A DNA stretch of 64,000 bases from NCBI RefSeq assembly GCF_001194135.2, contig NC_068982.1, positions 32,986,106 to 33,050,105 on the forward strand, read 5' to 3'. This stretch comes from Octopus bimaculoides. Lineage: Eukaryota. Below are positions 14,680 to 28,345 of this stretch, piece after piece. Position 1 is the first letter of the stretch, and each line of letters starts with the position of its first letter. The notes under the pieces were generated by a model. It was not told where the DNA came from. It did no database searches and saw nothing but the letters and a program-made list of their open reading frames with translations. Position numbers and translations under genes: made by a program.

Positions 14680-16091
14680 TTAGAGAGAGGGAGGGAGAGA
14701 GAGAGAGAGGGGGAGACAGACGGGAGACAGAGAGAGACAGACAGACAGAGAGACAGACAGACAGACACAGAGAGAGAGACAGACGGGGACAGAGAGACGG
14801 AGGACAGACAGACGGGGAGAGAGAGAGGGGGGACTAAGATGGAACATTATTTTGCAGTGTTAAAAATCGTTCACAGTGAATTAAAATTAGTTTTCTGTAG
14901 GTGAAATCTTTAATACTAGAAGAAAATGTGAAACCACATTCCGATAAAAAAACAAATTAATTAAACGTTTTCTAGAAGTGTGGACGTTAATAATTACTTT
15001 CTTTTAAGTAAAAATTACATATTCCAAACTAGTTAATGAGTAGCTTTCTTTATTATAGTATAGATAGACATATATAGTCGGATTATAAATTGAATAATTA
15101 GAAAAGTAAATCGAAAATTTGTGAAAGAAAGAAACAGTCTTAACGTGAAAGGAAAACACGAGCACAAAAACTAAGGATGTAATAAGGGCCTCCATTGATA
15201 TGTCCTTGATAATACAACGGAAACAAGCATATACAAAGACCAACGGAATAAGAGAATAATGTCCAAGTGGCACATTCCTGCGTGATTCAATAAGCTGAAA
15301 ACATGGTGACTCCTATTACCTCTCCAGTTATGGTTGGCCAAAGGTCTCTCTGTGAGAATCTCTTCCACCCTGTAATACCCTTCCAGACAATTGCACACTC
15401 TGCTATCACGACTCTCAGAGTCAATGTGGCACACAAGCTACTTCACCTCAACAAGAACTGTACCGTGTGCTGGATACGTTTTTAATCTCAACGGTTTCAT
15501 TCAATACATGAATACTGTTACACTTCTGAGGTAGCAAATTGTCAAAATAGAGTTACCTTTGTTTCTCCTGTTTCCAGGATCGATAACAAAAGTACCACTC
15601 CAGGGTAATGGATTGCCAGAACTGTTAGCGGGTGGGAAGAGGAAAGAATGCTTTGTTGTATCTGTTCCGGTTTATTGCGTTGTAACCGCAAAGCTTGCGA
15701 TGACACGGATGCCAAACTGCATCGGCCTTGCTTTTCCGATAGATGTGATTGATGGTATGGACAACTGCTAGCCTAGTACTCACAAAACAAAATCCTTGCT
15801 CAGGGATGTGCTTTCAAGAGAAAGTCTCGAAATGCAGAAATTCATGCCAACTAAGATCGAAAGTACTCTAGAATTAACCCTGAAATCATTAGTAAACTAT
15901 CTTCATATCAATACACAAGTGTATATTGTATGCAATATACTGTAGTACATATTCACGTCAGTTATGTAGCTTCTAAGTTCAAATCAGCTCGGATTTAATT
16001 TTGCCTTTCGTCCCTCCGGTATCGATAAATTGGTTTTTCCTTACTTTCGAAACATGAGGCCCCGTGCCGATACAAGAGCTTACGCTAAATT

Positions 16092-16312
16092 AAGGTGGCG
16101 AACAGGCAGAATAGTTAGCACGCCGGGCAAAATGTCTAGCGCATTTCGACCGCCTTTACGTTCTGAGTTCGAATTCCGCCGAGGTCGACTTTGCCTTTTC
16201 TCCTTTCGGGTCGATAAAATAAGTACCAGTTGAACACTGCAGTCGATGGAAACGACAGCGCCCACCCCACCCACCTCGAAATAGTTGACCTTGTGCCAAA
16301 ATTTGAAATAAA
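16092..16312 (+). mobile_element. SINE family B copy (tail type 3)
   Basis: Matches the family B head and body. Confidence 0.85.
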
Positions 16313-16780
16313 TGTTGCGCCAGATGAGGTGTTATGTTCGGTAAGTGATTTAGCACCCGATTGGGTGTTAAGTTCAGTAAGTGATTTAGCACCCGATTGA
16401 TAACACGGAGGAAAATATTAAATTCAAACACAGATGCTCGTCTCTTTTTCGAGGTTGTTAGTATAAGAAATGAAATGTTACAAACTGAAAATCAAAAATT
16501 TGTTCGTATATTTTCGATATTGGCAGAAAAGTACATATGTAAAGGGACTTGTCTAAATGCTGATAAAAATTAACGATAACATAGTTGAAGAAATATCATG
16601 CATGGGATAAAATCTATGACACAGGACCACACACTGAATGGTGAGGGTTTTAATCAAACCAGTTTGCAACTAGCACTAATCATAATGCGTCTGAAAAAGC
16701 AAGCTCAACGATGTTACACTCAAAACATAATGAAAGTAATAGCAGTTAAGTGTTCAGCGTGTGCCACTGTTTTCTCCAGG

Positions 16781-17092
16781 TGAAGGCGCGTGGCTCAGTG
16801 GTTAGGGTATTCGGCTCATGAACATAAGGTCGTAAGTTCGATTCCTGGTGGCATGTTGTATCCTTGAGCAAAACACTTTATTTCGCGTTACCACAGTTCA
16901 TTCAGCAGGCAAAAATGAGTAGTACCTGCATTTCAAACGGCCAGCCTTGTCACGTTGAATCTTCCTTTAATACTACGTTAAGCTTAAGTGTGTCTGTGGA
17001 GTGCTCAGCCATTTGCACGATAATTTCTCGAGCAGGCTGTTCTGTTGGTCGGATCATCTGGAACCCTTGTCGTCGTAACCGATGGAGTACCA
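16781..17092 (+). mobile_element. SINE family A, full-length copy
   Basis: TGGCTCAGTGG A box, AGTTCGATTCC B box, TCCTTGAGCAAAACACTTTATTTC CORE-like block. Reverse complement of the 409-724 copy. Confidence 0.9.
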
Positions 17093-17532
17093 GTTTATTT
17101 TCTACCGCTCCAACGCTGTTAATTACCTAATTTGTTTCGAAAGCTTATTATTATTATTACAGAAATTTTGAAGAAATAAGGTATTTTAATTCCATTAACT
17201 AACATTAGATTTATATTATAGTAAACTGATTTACTATCGTAACTATTTCTATTTCTAATATAAACACACGGGTGCGCACTTTTATCGGGGTTGTAATTTA
17301 CATGACTTGACTGCTACTTAATTTATCAACCGCAGAATGATGAAGTCGACCGCAGCGAGTGGTGAAGTCATAATGTAACGTGACATAACCAGATCCCTAT
17401 TCCTTATTGCGGTATATTATAATAATGTTCGTAACAGTGGCACAAAGCCACGTATTTTACTTGCAGTGGTATGATCGATTTCGATTATATATTTCAAAAA
17501 TGGACCAAGGTCATAAAATTGAAGAAGGTATA

Positions 17533-17753
17533 TACGAGTGGGTGTTGAAAAGTTCCTGACTTTGAGTAAAAGAAAATACAGGAGGATCAGTTAGTTATGA
17601 TTTTATTCAACATATTCCCCTCTCAGGTTCACACGCTTATTGCAGCAGTCCTTCAGTTTTTCTAAGCCTTGTAAAAGAACTCGGAAGGTTGGGCCTCCAG
17701 CCAGGCCTTTCGCGACACCCTTAAAGCCAGAAACTTTTCAGCTTCCCCTCGTA
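17533..17753. mobile_element. mariner-type MITE (~220 bp)
   Basis: TA-flanked ~30-bp TIRs: TACGAGTGGGTGTTGAAAAGTTCCTGACTTT versus the reverse complement TACGAGGGGAAGCTGAAAAGTTTCTGGCTTT. Non-coding interior. Confidence 0.85.
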
Positions 17754-18099
17754 GTCTATAAAATCGATCCGAGTAGTTGATTAATACTTCATTTTAACAA
17801 CACCAGAAGGATGAGTGAGAAAGTTGAACTAGGCGAGATTTGAATTCAGAACTTGAGGTGATATAAAGAAATATTATTAATCTTTCCATAATTCACCTGC
17901 TTCAACCATTTGCAGCCGCTACTAAAAGAAATATTGTAACTATTTCCAACATAGGCACAAGTTTACAAGTTTGGCTTTCATTTAGTCGATAAAATAGACC
18001 TAAACAGGTACCATATTTTATAAACCACAGAGAGGATGAAATGCAACATTGATACCGATGAGATTTGAACTCAAAATACAAATAGTCATAACTAAGGTT

Positions 18100-18310
18100 C
18101 CATGTGAAAACGAGTGACTCGGTGGTTTTGATTCCCGGACCAGGCGGTGCCTTGTGTTCTTGAGTAAAACACATCATCTCGAGTTGTTTTGTAATCATTT
18201 CGACATCTGACGTATGGCACATCGTGCACCTGTACAGGTAACGTTAATTTGATGGGGAAAATGAGCTAATATATAGTACAAACATTTCATCACTATAAAC
18301 AACTCATCCT
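18100..18310 (+). mobile_element. degraded tRNA/CORE-like SINE with a different tail (family F)
   Basis: GGTTTTGATTCCC B-box-like motif, then TTGTGTTCTTGAGTAAAACAC CORE-like block, then a tail not shared with families A-C. Confidence 0.5.
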
Positions 18311-18635
18311 TGTAGGTTTGTCTTTCTCCGTCCCGAGAGACTCCCAAGAAAGAAATAGTGTTACAGCCAACCCACTTCCCACGGGTGGTCAATTTTGAAT
18401 GCTCGCATCAGGAGGTACAGCATTTGTGTACCATCGTATGTTATACATTTGTAAGTCACTAGAAAACCAGGTAACATGCATCTGTTATCGGATCGATATT
18501 TCCTGCTTAATCCAGAATCCTGTTTGGTTCGATAAAACACAAATCAAATCAGTAGAATCGTTGTTTTCGAGGGGCCCTCACTCACACTTACAATAAAAAC
18601 ATTTTTTTTTTTTGTAATCATACTACGGAATAGTA

Positions 18636-18842
18636 AATATTCATTTCAAATTTTGGCACAAGGCTGGGGATGAGGCTTAGTTGATTACATCGACCCCATA
18701 TTTCAACTGATACTTATTTTATCGACCCCGAAAGGACGAAAAGCAAAGTCGACCCCGGATGAATTTCAACTCAGAACTCAAGGACGAAATGCCGCTGAGC
18801 ATTATGCCCGGCATGCTAACGATTCTGCCATCTCACTGCTTT
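18636..18842 (-). mobile_element. SINE family B copy
   Basis: Reverse complement of the family B consensus. Confidence 0.8.
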
Positions 18843-18989
18843 ATGGAAGATTAAATATTACTGAAAATGAAATGTTATAGAAAGCGAAAACTTTAATCTT
18901 CTGGCAACTGCATTTGAAACTTACTCTCTTACTTCATTAGTGGTTTTCAACCGACTGGTTGTGGCCATGCTGGAATAGACACTGCCATC

Positions 18990-19330
18990 ATAACCACATT
19001 GTTTTCGAAACATTGTTTTCGAAAACAACATTTTTATCACCCGAGGCTATGTAGACGCATACACTTTTCTCACGTCTCACCTTTTCCCAACCCACTTATT
19101 ATAGCTCACCTCAAAGATTCTACACAGAGCTATAAATCCCCTGATATCAATCCCCACTGCCCGCCTCCTCCTTCTGCCTACGTTATTTACGTTATTTCCT
19201 GCCGAGATCGACCTCCAGATGTTTAATCCTGAACATCAACCGCATCACTTTAATCTCGCCCAGTCTGGGAGGGCCTACTAAAGGTTATCAGTGTTACCTC
19301 ATTCTCTCTGCTCACAATCTTCCTTTTTAT
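18990..19330 (+). pseudogene. heavily deleted Penelope-like element relic (thumb, linker and GIY-YIG start)
   Basis: Frameshifted pieces FITRGY, PFPNPLIIA, AYVIYVISC and HFNL fit the PLE motif order RGYP / FP.PP.I.F / NVIY.I.C / HFN. Matched by recollection of the consensus, not by search. Confidence 0.45.
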
Positions 19331-20745
19331 CTCTCATTTACTAAAAATGTGTTATACCGTTTTATGTTGCTTTTTGTTTTATCACCGATTCTCCTACATA
19401 CCTACACACATACCTTCTTTTTCATTTTGTTTGTTGTTTTTTTAAGCTGATTTCTTTATTCGAATCCAATTCTTGATATATATTCTGTTGTCATTCATAA
19501 TTTTTCTTTCTTTTGTTCCCACTCACATCTAATATCTCTTTCATAACTTATATACCTTTCTACATGTCCGTTTTCCCCCTCTTACGCTCACATTTCGTCT
19601 CTCACTTAGGGGTGTCCTTACCTTCTTTTTTCCCTCCCATCTTCCCCCTCAATCTCCCTTCCTCCCCTTCACCTGTCTCTTTTTCTTTACTTTCACTTTC
19701 TCGGTTTCGTTCTTGTTTTTGTTTTTCAGGATCTCTCTGAAACCTCACTATATAGTCTTATTCTAATTTTCATTCACTCTCACTCTCTCTCTCTCTTTCC
19801 CTCTCTCTCTTTCCCTCTCTCTCTCTCTCTGTCTCCTGTCTCTATCTCTGCCTCCACCCCATATTCTCTCGGTATCTCTGACCTGTTTTATTCTCTAAAA
19901 TGTTTTCTATCCCTCTACTTACCCGCCTCAAACTCTTCTTTGACTCACTTTTTCTCAACTTTTTCTAACACCCTTCTTCTTCTTCTTCTTCTTCTTCTTC
20001 TTCTTCTTCTTCTTCTTCTTCTTCTCCTCACTCTCTCCCCTCTCTCTCTCTCTTTCTCTCTGCCACACACACATATACACACAAACCCATTCTCATTCTC
20101 GTTTTATACTATATATTCTCTCCTTCTCTCATATCCGTACACTGATATCTATTTGCTCTCTCCCACATTTTCTCCACTTCTCAACCATATCTTCTACCCC
20201 TGCCTCCATTACACTAACTCAAACCTTTCCTTTCTGATTTACCCAATCATTTTCTTCCTTCTCGTCTCACCTCTCTCCCTCCCTNNNNNNNNNNNNNNNN
20301 NNNNNNNNNNNNNNNNNNNNNNNNNNNNNNNNNNNNNNNNNNNNNNNNNNNNNNNNNNNNNNNNNNNNNNNNNNNNNNNNNNNNNNNNNNNNNNNNNNNN
20401 NNNNNNNNNNNNNNNNNNNNNNNNNNNNNNNNNNNNNNNNNNNNNNNNNNNNNNNNNNNNNNNNNNNNNNNNNNNNNNNNNNNNNNNNNNNNNNNNNNNN
20501 NNNNNNNNNNNNNNNNNNNNNNNNNNNNNNNNNNNNCTTTCACCTTTTGTTTGTTTTGCCTGAGGAACCTTCTGGAAGCCATTTTCCTTTCTGTTCTACA
20601 ATTCATTTTGGCTCAGTTTATTCACCCCATTTCCATTATTTACTAGTTTATTTCTAAATTTGTCATGGTCTTTTTTCTTTCCTTTACTTATTGAATTATA
20701 CCTTTGTTCTCATTCTACATATTCTTTTTCCCTCTCTTTCTCCCG

Positions 20746-20790
<45 letters not shown>

Positions 20791-20985
20791 CATGTGTTAA
20801 TGTATATGCATACATGCATACATTTATGTATGTGTATGTATGTGCATATATGTATGCATGTATATGTCCGTGTGTGAGTGTGTGTGTGTGTTGTATATAT
20901 GTTTCAGCTAACAATTTTTGTTTTGCAATCTACATTTCTCCTTTTGTCTAATTTACACCAGAGCTTTCTTCATTCATATACGTGT

Positions 20986-21034
<49 letters not shown>

Positions 21035-21707
21035 CACATATGTATACATACATACATACGTACATACATAGTGAACCGTGAAATTTTACAAATCCAAGTT
21101 TACAAAGATAAGTTGTAAAGCCGATTAGGACTACAGTTATGATGGACATGCACCTACCGCACTTTCTAGATGGCTAAAAATACACCTGCCACAAATAAAC
21201 CATTCCAACACATTAAAGCCCATAGCACATAACAAAACTAGACAGTTAAAGCTCCATTACACAGATCTCCGTAAGCTCATATATAGACACATCTAGAAGA
21301 CTAAACAATACGTTATAATTGTAAAATACAAGCAAGATCTAAAAGACATATAGCAGATCTATATATAACAAGTTATAAACGCTATTCAGCTGTACAATTG
21401 AGAAGTCTGCTTTGTAGTCACCTTGGTCTAGGATCGAACCCACATGGAGCCTCAGGGAGACAGTATCTTATGAGCGGAATTTGGAAGACAGAAAACTGTA
21501 TGGACGCCCTCTCATGTATGTATATGTGATTTGGTGTAATTTACCAAAATTTCTCACAAGGTAGTCGTGAATGCCAACATGTATTTATGTATGTTTGTGC
21601 ACACCTATGTATGCGTGCAAGTAAAGATAGCCTAGTAGTACGTTTTGTTTCATGAATATATGCATACGTAAATGTTTATGTGTCTATACGCGTGTATATG
21701 CTCTTAT

Positions 21708-22540
21708 GTGGTAAACATCTGGAATGTTTTACATACCTTCACAGTTTCAGTAATGGCTTGTAAATATAATTTCTTAATTCCCGTATCCTCTTCTGATTCT
21801 TGGAAGCCCAGCCTCTCTATATTGGTGCTGATACAGTTAGTTACATATCTAAATACCCCAATAATTACATGTATAAATCTTAAGCTACATTGTTTGAGTG
21901 TAGTAACCGCAGTTTTCTCATTAGTTTGTCATAGGTGCTTTCTTCTTTTTTTACTTAACTTTAACATCATGTTCAAATTAGTTGGGCAACTGACTTCCTC
22001 AACAGTACACATTTGTCCCAGATCGTTATGTCTAGATTGTTATCCTTACATTTTACTAAGGCTCTGGCAAGTGCATTCCACAAGTATTCTTTCAAAGCAT
22101 GAGTAACTATACGTCCACATCATTATGATTTTTATATTTCCATATTCAGCATGATCCGTTTGGCGGATTACTTTTTTGTTATTTAATGCTTCATTGGTAG
22201 GTATTGTCAAGGAGATACTTTTGGACAGCTGCTTTTGATTACAGTGATATTATTGGTGCTAATTCCAAAGTCAAAATTGGTCAAAGGTAAATTTCTGTAG
22301 CTTTTTTTGGTTATCTATATTTCTGACACTTTGAAGCTTTCTTATTTTATAGTCACACATGACTTTCTGTTGATAAGCATACAACCTTTCATTTGACGAC
22401 ATATTGCGGAAGGGTTATGCAACTTTCCTGATGTGTATCCTTGGCCAGTAGCTATCAAATACTTTCCGAAGAATTCCTTTCCAACTTTCATAATATTATC
22501 TGCTTCATGTATACAAATTTGATTCATGGATTAACATCTA
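21708..22540 (-). pseudogene. RLE non-LTR retrotransposon 3' relic (group 2)
   Basis: Broken translation SSCPKVSP.QYLPMKH..EYLWN..NNLDITIWD..CTVEEVSCP..VIIGVFRYVTNCISTNIERLGF..TVKVCKTF covers the CCHC remnant and PD-(D/E)xK nuclease tail. Homologous to 55190 and 58826. Confidence 0.7.
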
Positions 22541-23084
22541 CTTGATACCTGATTTTATTCGCTACATCAATGAACGTCTTATTAATTTTATCCTATATCA
22601 AAAATAACGAATTCTCGTCTGAGCATGCGGCTGCGTGTACACGCCGTTGAAAAAGCTTAAAAGGGCCGAAAATGCATTGACAATGTACGTACATTAAGTA
22701 TGATACATAGCTGATTATTTTAATTGAATGTTGCCTCAGTTGCACATACCGTATATGTGTATGTATGCATGTATGTATATATGTATGTATGTATGCATGT
22801 ATGTATGTATGTATGTATGTAATTATTCAGTTTTATTTCGAAGTTTCTTTCCAATAGAGAAAGAGCTGGTTTCTAACCTAGATCCAAAGCTCCTTTATTG
22901 GAATTTCAATATCAATAGGGTATTTTTGTATGTATGTATGTATGTATGTATTATGCAAGCATGCATGCAAGTAGGTATGTATGTATGTATGAATGTATGT
23001 ATGTATGTATGTATGTATGTAGGTAGGTAGGTAGGTAGGTAGGTAGGTAGGTGGTAGGTAGGTGCATGTATATATATGTGTGTG

Positions 23085-23295
23085 TGCATGTCTTCGTGTT
23101 ATCCAACGCGACCCACCACTTGACATCTAGTGTTGGTTTGTTTACTCTTCCGTAACTTAACAGTTCAAAATGAGAGGTCTACAGAATATGTCCCTGACAT
23201 TAAAATAGGTACTGGGGTAAGTCGGCTTGACTAAACCTCTCAAGGTACGACCCTGCATGGCTGCAATCCGGTGAAAGGAACAAGTAAAAAGATAA
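23085..23295 (+). mobile_element. SINE family C, 3' half (5' half degraded at about 21385-21560)
   Basis: Family C tail motifs. Confidence 0.6.
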
Positions 23296-24037
23296 CAGAA
23301 TACTAATAGATTGACGCTGATTTTCTTACCACATCCTTTGGGAACAGACTTTTCAAAATGTACCCAGCCATATCAGTTCACGCTCTTCTATAATGCAAAA
23401 CAATAAGATATATATGCCCTATTGATCCACTAACCGACCATCCGCAATACATATTCACCCGCATTTCTGTTTTCTCGATTATGTTATGTAATAACTATTC
23501 AATGTTCTTCTATATCTTATTAATTTCGAATAAACATTCGGAACAGTTTACCCCTTATTTTCTTTGGAGTCATTACATAAAACCAGGCTATCGCATTTCG
23601 GGGAAATATTTCACTGAATAATTTGTTACAATTTTCACAGAAGTATTAATATGTGACTTTGACACCCATAACACCGTAAATATGTCACAGTTGCAGTTAG
23701 TGGAATTCTGTAAAGGGTCGAATTTCAGGCTAAGTACACTATGGTTTACATCATGTCACCCCAGACACACTGTGTTGTATGTATGCCTTACGACGCTCAA
23801 GTTCTCACAAGCTCATTCCAGCTAGCTTAGTTGTACTAATGATTAGGTACAGCTTAGTTCTACCGGGAGCCAAAGCACTGTCCCATTAGCTTGCAATACC
23901 GAATATCTTAAGAGATATGGGTCACAGTGGAAGCACTCTCACTGGTGTCGAGGTTATCGTTCAGTTAATTCTGTTACCGCCATAACTCAGTCGCATTATT
24001 TTTCTGAGATTTTATTTATTTATACTATTTGTTTGTC

Positions 24038-24173
24038 GAGGCGCGTAGCTTAGTGGTTAGGGTGCTGGACTCATAACCGTAAGATTGTAGTTTCGATTCC
24101 TGGATCGGAGTTGCGTTGTTTTTGAGTTTCATTTCACGTTGCTCTATTCCCCACAGTTTGCAAAATAAGTAGT
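24038..24173 (+). mobile_element. SINE family A head and CORE-like block, 3' truncated
   Basis: GAGGCGCGTAGCTTAGTGGTTAGGG..GTTTCGATTCC..TTTCATTTCACGTTGCTC..GCAAAATAAGTAGT. Confidence 0.7.
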
Positions 24174-25445
24174 ATGATGAGGTCGTGATAGGCCTGGGAA
24201 GCTGGATGGGACATTTGTCTAAGAAACAAAATTCAAGGGACTTCTCAGCTGATGGGCCTTAGGCCTACCTTTATGTTATTTGTAAATATCGTATTTCCAT
24301 TAGGCTAGCTCCATTAGGCTGTAATGAAGTTTTAATGAACGAAACTGATGAACATCTAACTTAAACTTTTTAGTTTATATTTCATGTCTTTCCACGTTGC
24401 AAGTTCAATTCTCTCCACAGTTAATTTTGTCGTTCATCCATCCGGACTGCATAAAGAACCAGTCGTAGAATGCTTTTGATCCAATCAACAGAGCAACTTG
24501 TTTATTGAATATTCAATACTCCCACCTTGTACTTTTAACATTAACTTCAGACAGAATCACCAAGTGACAAGGGGCTAGGCGTTCCAATTACATGTACAAT
24601 CCATTCTTTGAGATTTCACACAGTTTCTGTAAACATAATTTGAACCAAAGGCTTGAAACGATCCGGGACTATGACAGAAAATATTTTTCCATTGTGATTC
24701 GCTCAAGGAATTGAAATTATTACCTTTTGATTAACGAAATACACTTCTAAGACACTTAGCCATGTTTTTGCCATGCAAAAGTTGTGATGGTTGCAAAATA
24801 TCATCTCTTCTCCTAAATCATAGCACTTTTGTGCATAGCGAAAAAAATAACTTACATGTCGAACCAAGAAGCCTCTGCGTAGTTACTCTATTATCTAGAA
24901 AGAGGTGGTGAATATTTCGGCAATCATATTTTATCAAACGTCTTAGATAATGTGATCTTGAATGTCACTTGTTTTCGATCAAATATAGAATATTTGACCA
25001 AATATTTCCTCCAGTATAACTTATATTTTATATTTTTTGTTTTTGCTTCTCTTTAATTTATTAGACTTTTCGAATTTTTTTATATTTTATTAACACAAGC
25101 AATATCTGCAACAACAATGAAGAGGTACAACAAGGAAAGCTAAAAAACGGAGATAAAGATGATTCATGACTTCTCAGCCAAATGTATCCATTATCCCACT
25201 TACGTTGAATAATATAGTCCTAGCTATGGCCATGGTTTGGATGCATTTGATCACAGTATTTTAATTCAGGACTGATTACTAGGGGCTATATAAAAACAGC
25301 ACCAATGTCAAGGGTAACTTCAAGGATGATAATGATAACAATGAGGTTGATTTTTAAACCAGATCTGTATTGTTTCTAAACAACACAAGACAGGAGAGAA
25401 TTACCTCGGCAAAGACATGAAACAATAGTTGTTATTACAAGCATC

Positions 25446-25498
<53 letters not shown>

Positions 25499-26370
25499 NN
25501 NNNNNNNNNNNNNNNNNNNNNNNNNNNNNNNNNNNNNNNNNNNNNNNNNNNNNNNNNNNNNNNNNNNNNNNNNNNNNNNNNNNNNNNNNNNNNNNNNNNN
25601 NNNNNNNNNNNNNNNNNNNNNNNNNNNNNNNNNNNNNNNNNNNNNNNNNNNNNNNNNNNNNNNNNNNNNNNNNNNNNNNNNNNNNNNNNNNNNNNNNNNN
25701 NNNNNNNNNNNNNNNNNNNNNNNNNNNNNNNNNNNNNNNNNNNNNNNNNNNNNNNNNNNNNNNNNNNNNNNNNNNNNNNNNNNNNNNNNNNNNNNNNNNN
25801 NNNNNNNNNNNNNNNNNNNNNNNNNNNNNNNNNNNNNNNNNNNNNNNNNNNNNNNNNNNNNNNNNNNNNNNNNNNNNNNNNNNNNNNNNNNNNNNNNNNN
25901 NNNNNNNNNNNNNNNNNNNNNNNNNNNNNNNNNNNNNNNNNNNNNNNNNNNNNNNNNNNNNNNNNNNNNNNNNNNNNNNNNNNNNNNNNNNNNNNNNNNN
26001 NNNNNNNNNNNNNNNNNNNNNNNNNNNNNNNNNNNNNNNNNNNNNNNNNNNNNNNNNNNNNNNNNNNNNNNNNNNNNNNNNNNNNNNNNNNNNNNNNNNN
26101 NNNNNNNNNNNNNNNNNNNNNNNNNNNNNNNNNNNNNNNNNNNNNNNNNNNNNNNNNNNNNNNNNNNNNNNNNNNNNNNNNNNNNNNNNNNNNNNNNNNN
26201 NNNNNNNNNNNNNNNNNNNNNNNNNNNNNNNNNNNNNNNNNNNNNNNNNNNNNNNNNNNNNNNNNNNNNNNNNNNNNNNNNNNNNNNNNNNNNNNNNNNN
26301 NNNNNNNNNNNNNNNNNNNNNNNNNNNNNNNNNNNNNNNNNNNNNNNNNNNNNNNNNNNNNNNNNNNNNN

Positions 26371-26448
<78 letters not shown>

Positions 26449-26559
26449 TGCGTGTTCTCAGATGTTCCATCACTGAACTACCTGCTCATTGGATTAACGT
26501 AGAACTGACTGGGTAATCCACAGACAAGTCTACGCTTACATAACCCTATATGAGAAACA

Positions 26560-26960
26560 AATATTTGGCAGAGAAAACATTTGTCATTCTTCAGTATAAT
26601 GCTGTTTTAGTAACTGAAATATATTTAATTAAGTTCTCATTGGGCTTCTCAATAGTTTTGCCAATGATAATAATATCGTCAGTATAGGCGTGAACTTTTT
26701 GATATTATTGTTGGTAATGATACCATCCATAATTCTTTGAAAGGTTCTTACAGTGTTTGCCTACAGAAAGAGTAACCTTGTAAATTGCAATAAGCCTTCA
26801 TCAGCTTTAAGTGTACTGTACCTCCTACCGTTATCGTAGTGTGGAATCTCACAGTGTACAGGTTTCAGATTTAGATTACTGCAGAATTTATTGTTAGAAA
26901 CGGAACGTTCGAGATGTTTGTGATTAAGAATTTCACAGGGACCCAGAAAGTCTTGCATCA
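26560..26960 (-). pseudogene. Ty3/gypsy reverse transcriptase relic
   Basis: KFCSNLNLKPVHCEIP..LKADEGLLQFTRLLFL*ANTVRTFQRIMD..VHAYTDDIIIIGKT resembles the gypsy FSxLDLxSAYHQI / LYQFTRxPFGxxNxxxxFQRxMD / AYxDD order. YTDD codons at 26675-26686. Contains a stop and a frameshift. Confidence 0.75.
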
Positions 26961-27447
26961 CTGCTGTTGGTGTAAGGCTTGCCGTTGATGTAAGTGCGGT
27001 CTTTGTGGTATGGAAAGATGGCTCATTTGGAAAAGCAGCTTAGACATCGGAGATATTACGTAGTGAGCTGACTTCTCTGCTCTACTCTGAAGATTTCCAG
27101 AAAAAGGTTTCCTAACCCCAAAATATTGAAATATTAAGTAAACGTACAAAAACTTGTCTTGTATTATTTCTTATAACTAGCGTTGTTTTGACTTCGAAAC
27201 ATAAAAAACATTATATATATATACATATATAACACACATATATATATATATATATANNNNNNNNNNNNNNNNNNNNNNNNNNNNNNNNNNNNNNNNNNNN
27301 NNNNNNNNNNNNNNNNNNNNNNNNNNNNNNNNNNNNNNNNNNTATATATATTTGAATATATATGCATATATATGCATATATATGTATGTTTTTATATGCA
27401 AATATATATATGATGGATAGACGTTTGAACGTGTATGTGTGTGTGTA

Positions 27448-27502
<55 letters not shown>

Positions 27503-28117
27503 GAGAGGGAGAGAGAGAGAGACAAAGATATAAAAAAATTCAATAATTTATTTGAAAATAGTAAAATGGCCTAAACGCCTCATTTATTTACTTTATTCAC
27601 AATTAGTTTTCAACCCGTGAGCTCAATTCAAATGTCATTAGTGTCAAGTTTACCATTCATTAGTCCCAAGTTAATAATTCATAATCTAAATCTTAGAATG
27701 ACATTAGAATTACCTCCGGAGTTGAATAGATACTTCTCTTTTAAAAATATATTTAAAAAACTGATAATTAAAAAATTTTACTCAATATTTTTATTTTGCC
27801 CTTGAGAGTAATTACACTTCTACACTCAGAATTAATTCCGTCAATGCGGAAGCCTATGCGTGGTCGAGCGACCAGCTAGAAATGGCATCAAAATATTGCT
27901 TAAAACATATTCTACCGTGTTAGACAGGGAAACACAAATTCGATAATGCATTCTTAAATATTCTGAAAGAACAACATGATGGTCACAGCTGGAACAACCT
28001 TGATCATTAATCTACTCCTCAGAGTTGACTAAAACGCCACTGACAACAACAACAACAACAATAATAATTGCATCTCAGCTACTCCACTCTTTATGAGTGA
28101 ATAAATTAAATATCAGT

Positions 28118-28345
28118 CTCTTTATTGCCCACAGGGGGCTAAACATAGAGGGGACAAACAAGGTCAGACAAAGGGATTAGGTCGATTACATCGACCCCAG
28201 TGTGCAACTGGTACTTATTTAATCGACCTCAAAAGGATGAAAGGCAAAATCGACCTCGGCGGAATTTTAACTCAGAACGTAGAGACAAGAAATGTCGTTA
28301 AGCAATTTGTCCGACGTGCTAACGATCCTGCCTGTTCGCTGCCGT
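28118..28345 (-). mobile_element. SINE family B copy (tail type 1)
   Basis: Reverse complement of the family B body plus the TTTGTCCCCTCTATGTTTAGCCCC..TGTGGGCAATAAAG tail, as at 39365. Confidence 0.85.

Noticed and set aside
15330-15385. Chromodomain reading of GYYRVEEILTERP..WRG
   Set aside because: Spacing to the W-x-G motif is too short and the rest of the fold is absent.
16328-16403. 36-bp direct repeat pair (GGTGTTA.GTTC.GTAAGTGATTTAGCACCCGATT)
   Set aside because: Only two adjacent units with no spacer, so a simple local duplication.
16781-16850. SINE heads (also 655-724, 24038-24105, 38818-38880) as functional tRNA genes
   Set aside because: A and B boxes are present but the acceptor and anticodon stems do not close, and the heads continue into repeat bodies.
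24340-24370. Other CTGATGA/CTGAAGA words (also about 1118, 8273, 26800 minus, 40864) as hammerheads
   Set aside because: No helix II followed by GAAA and no helix I complement.
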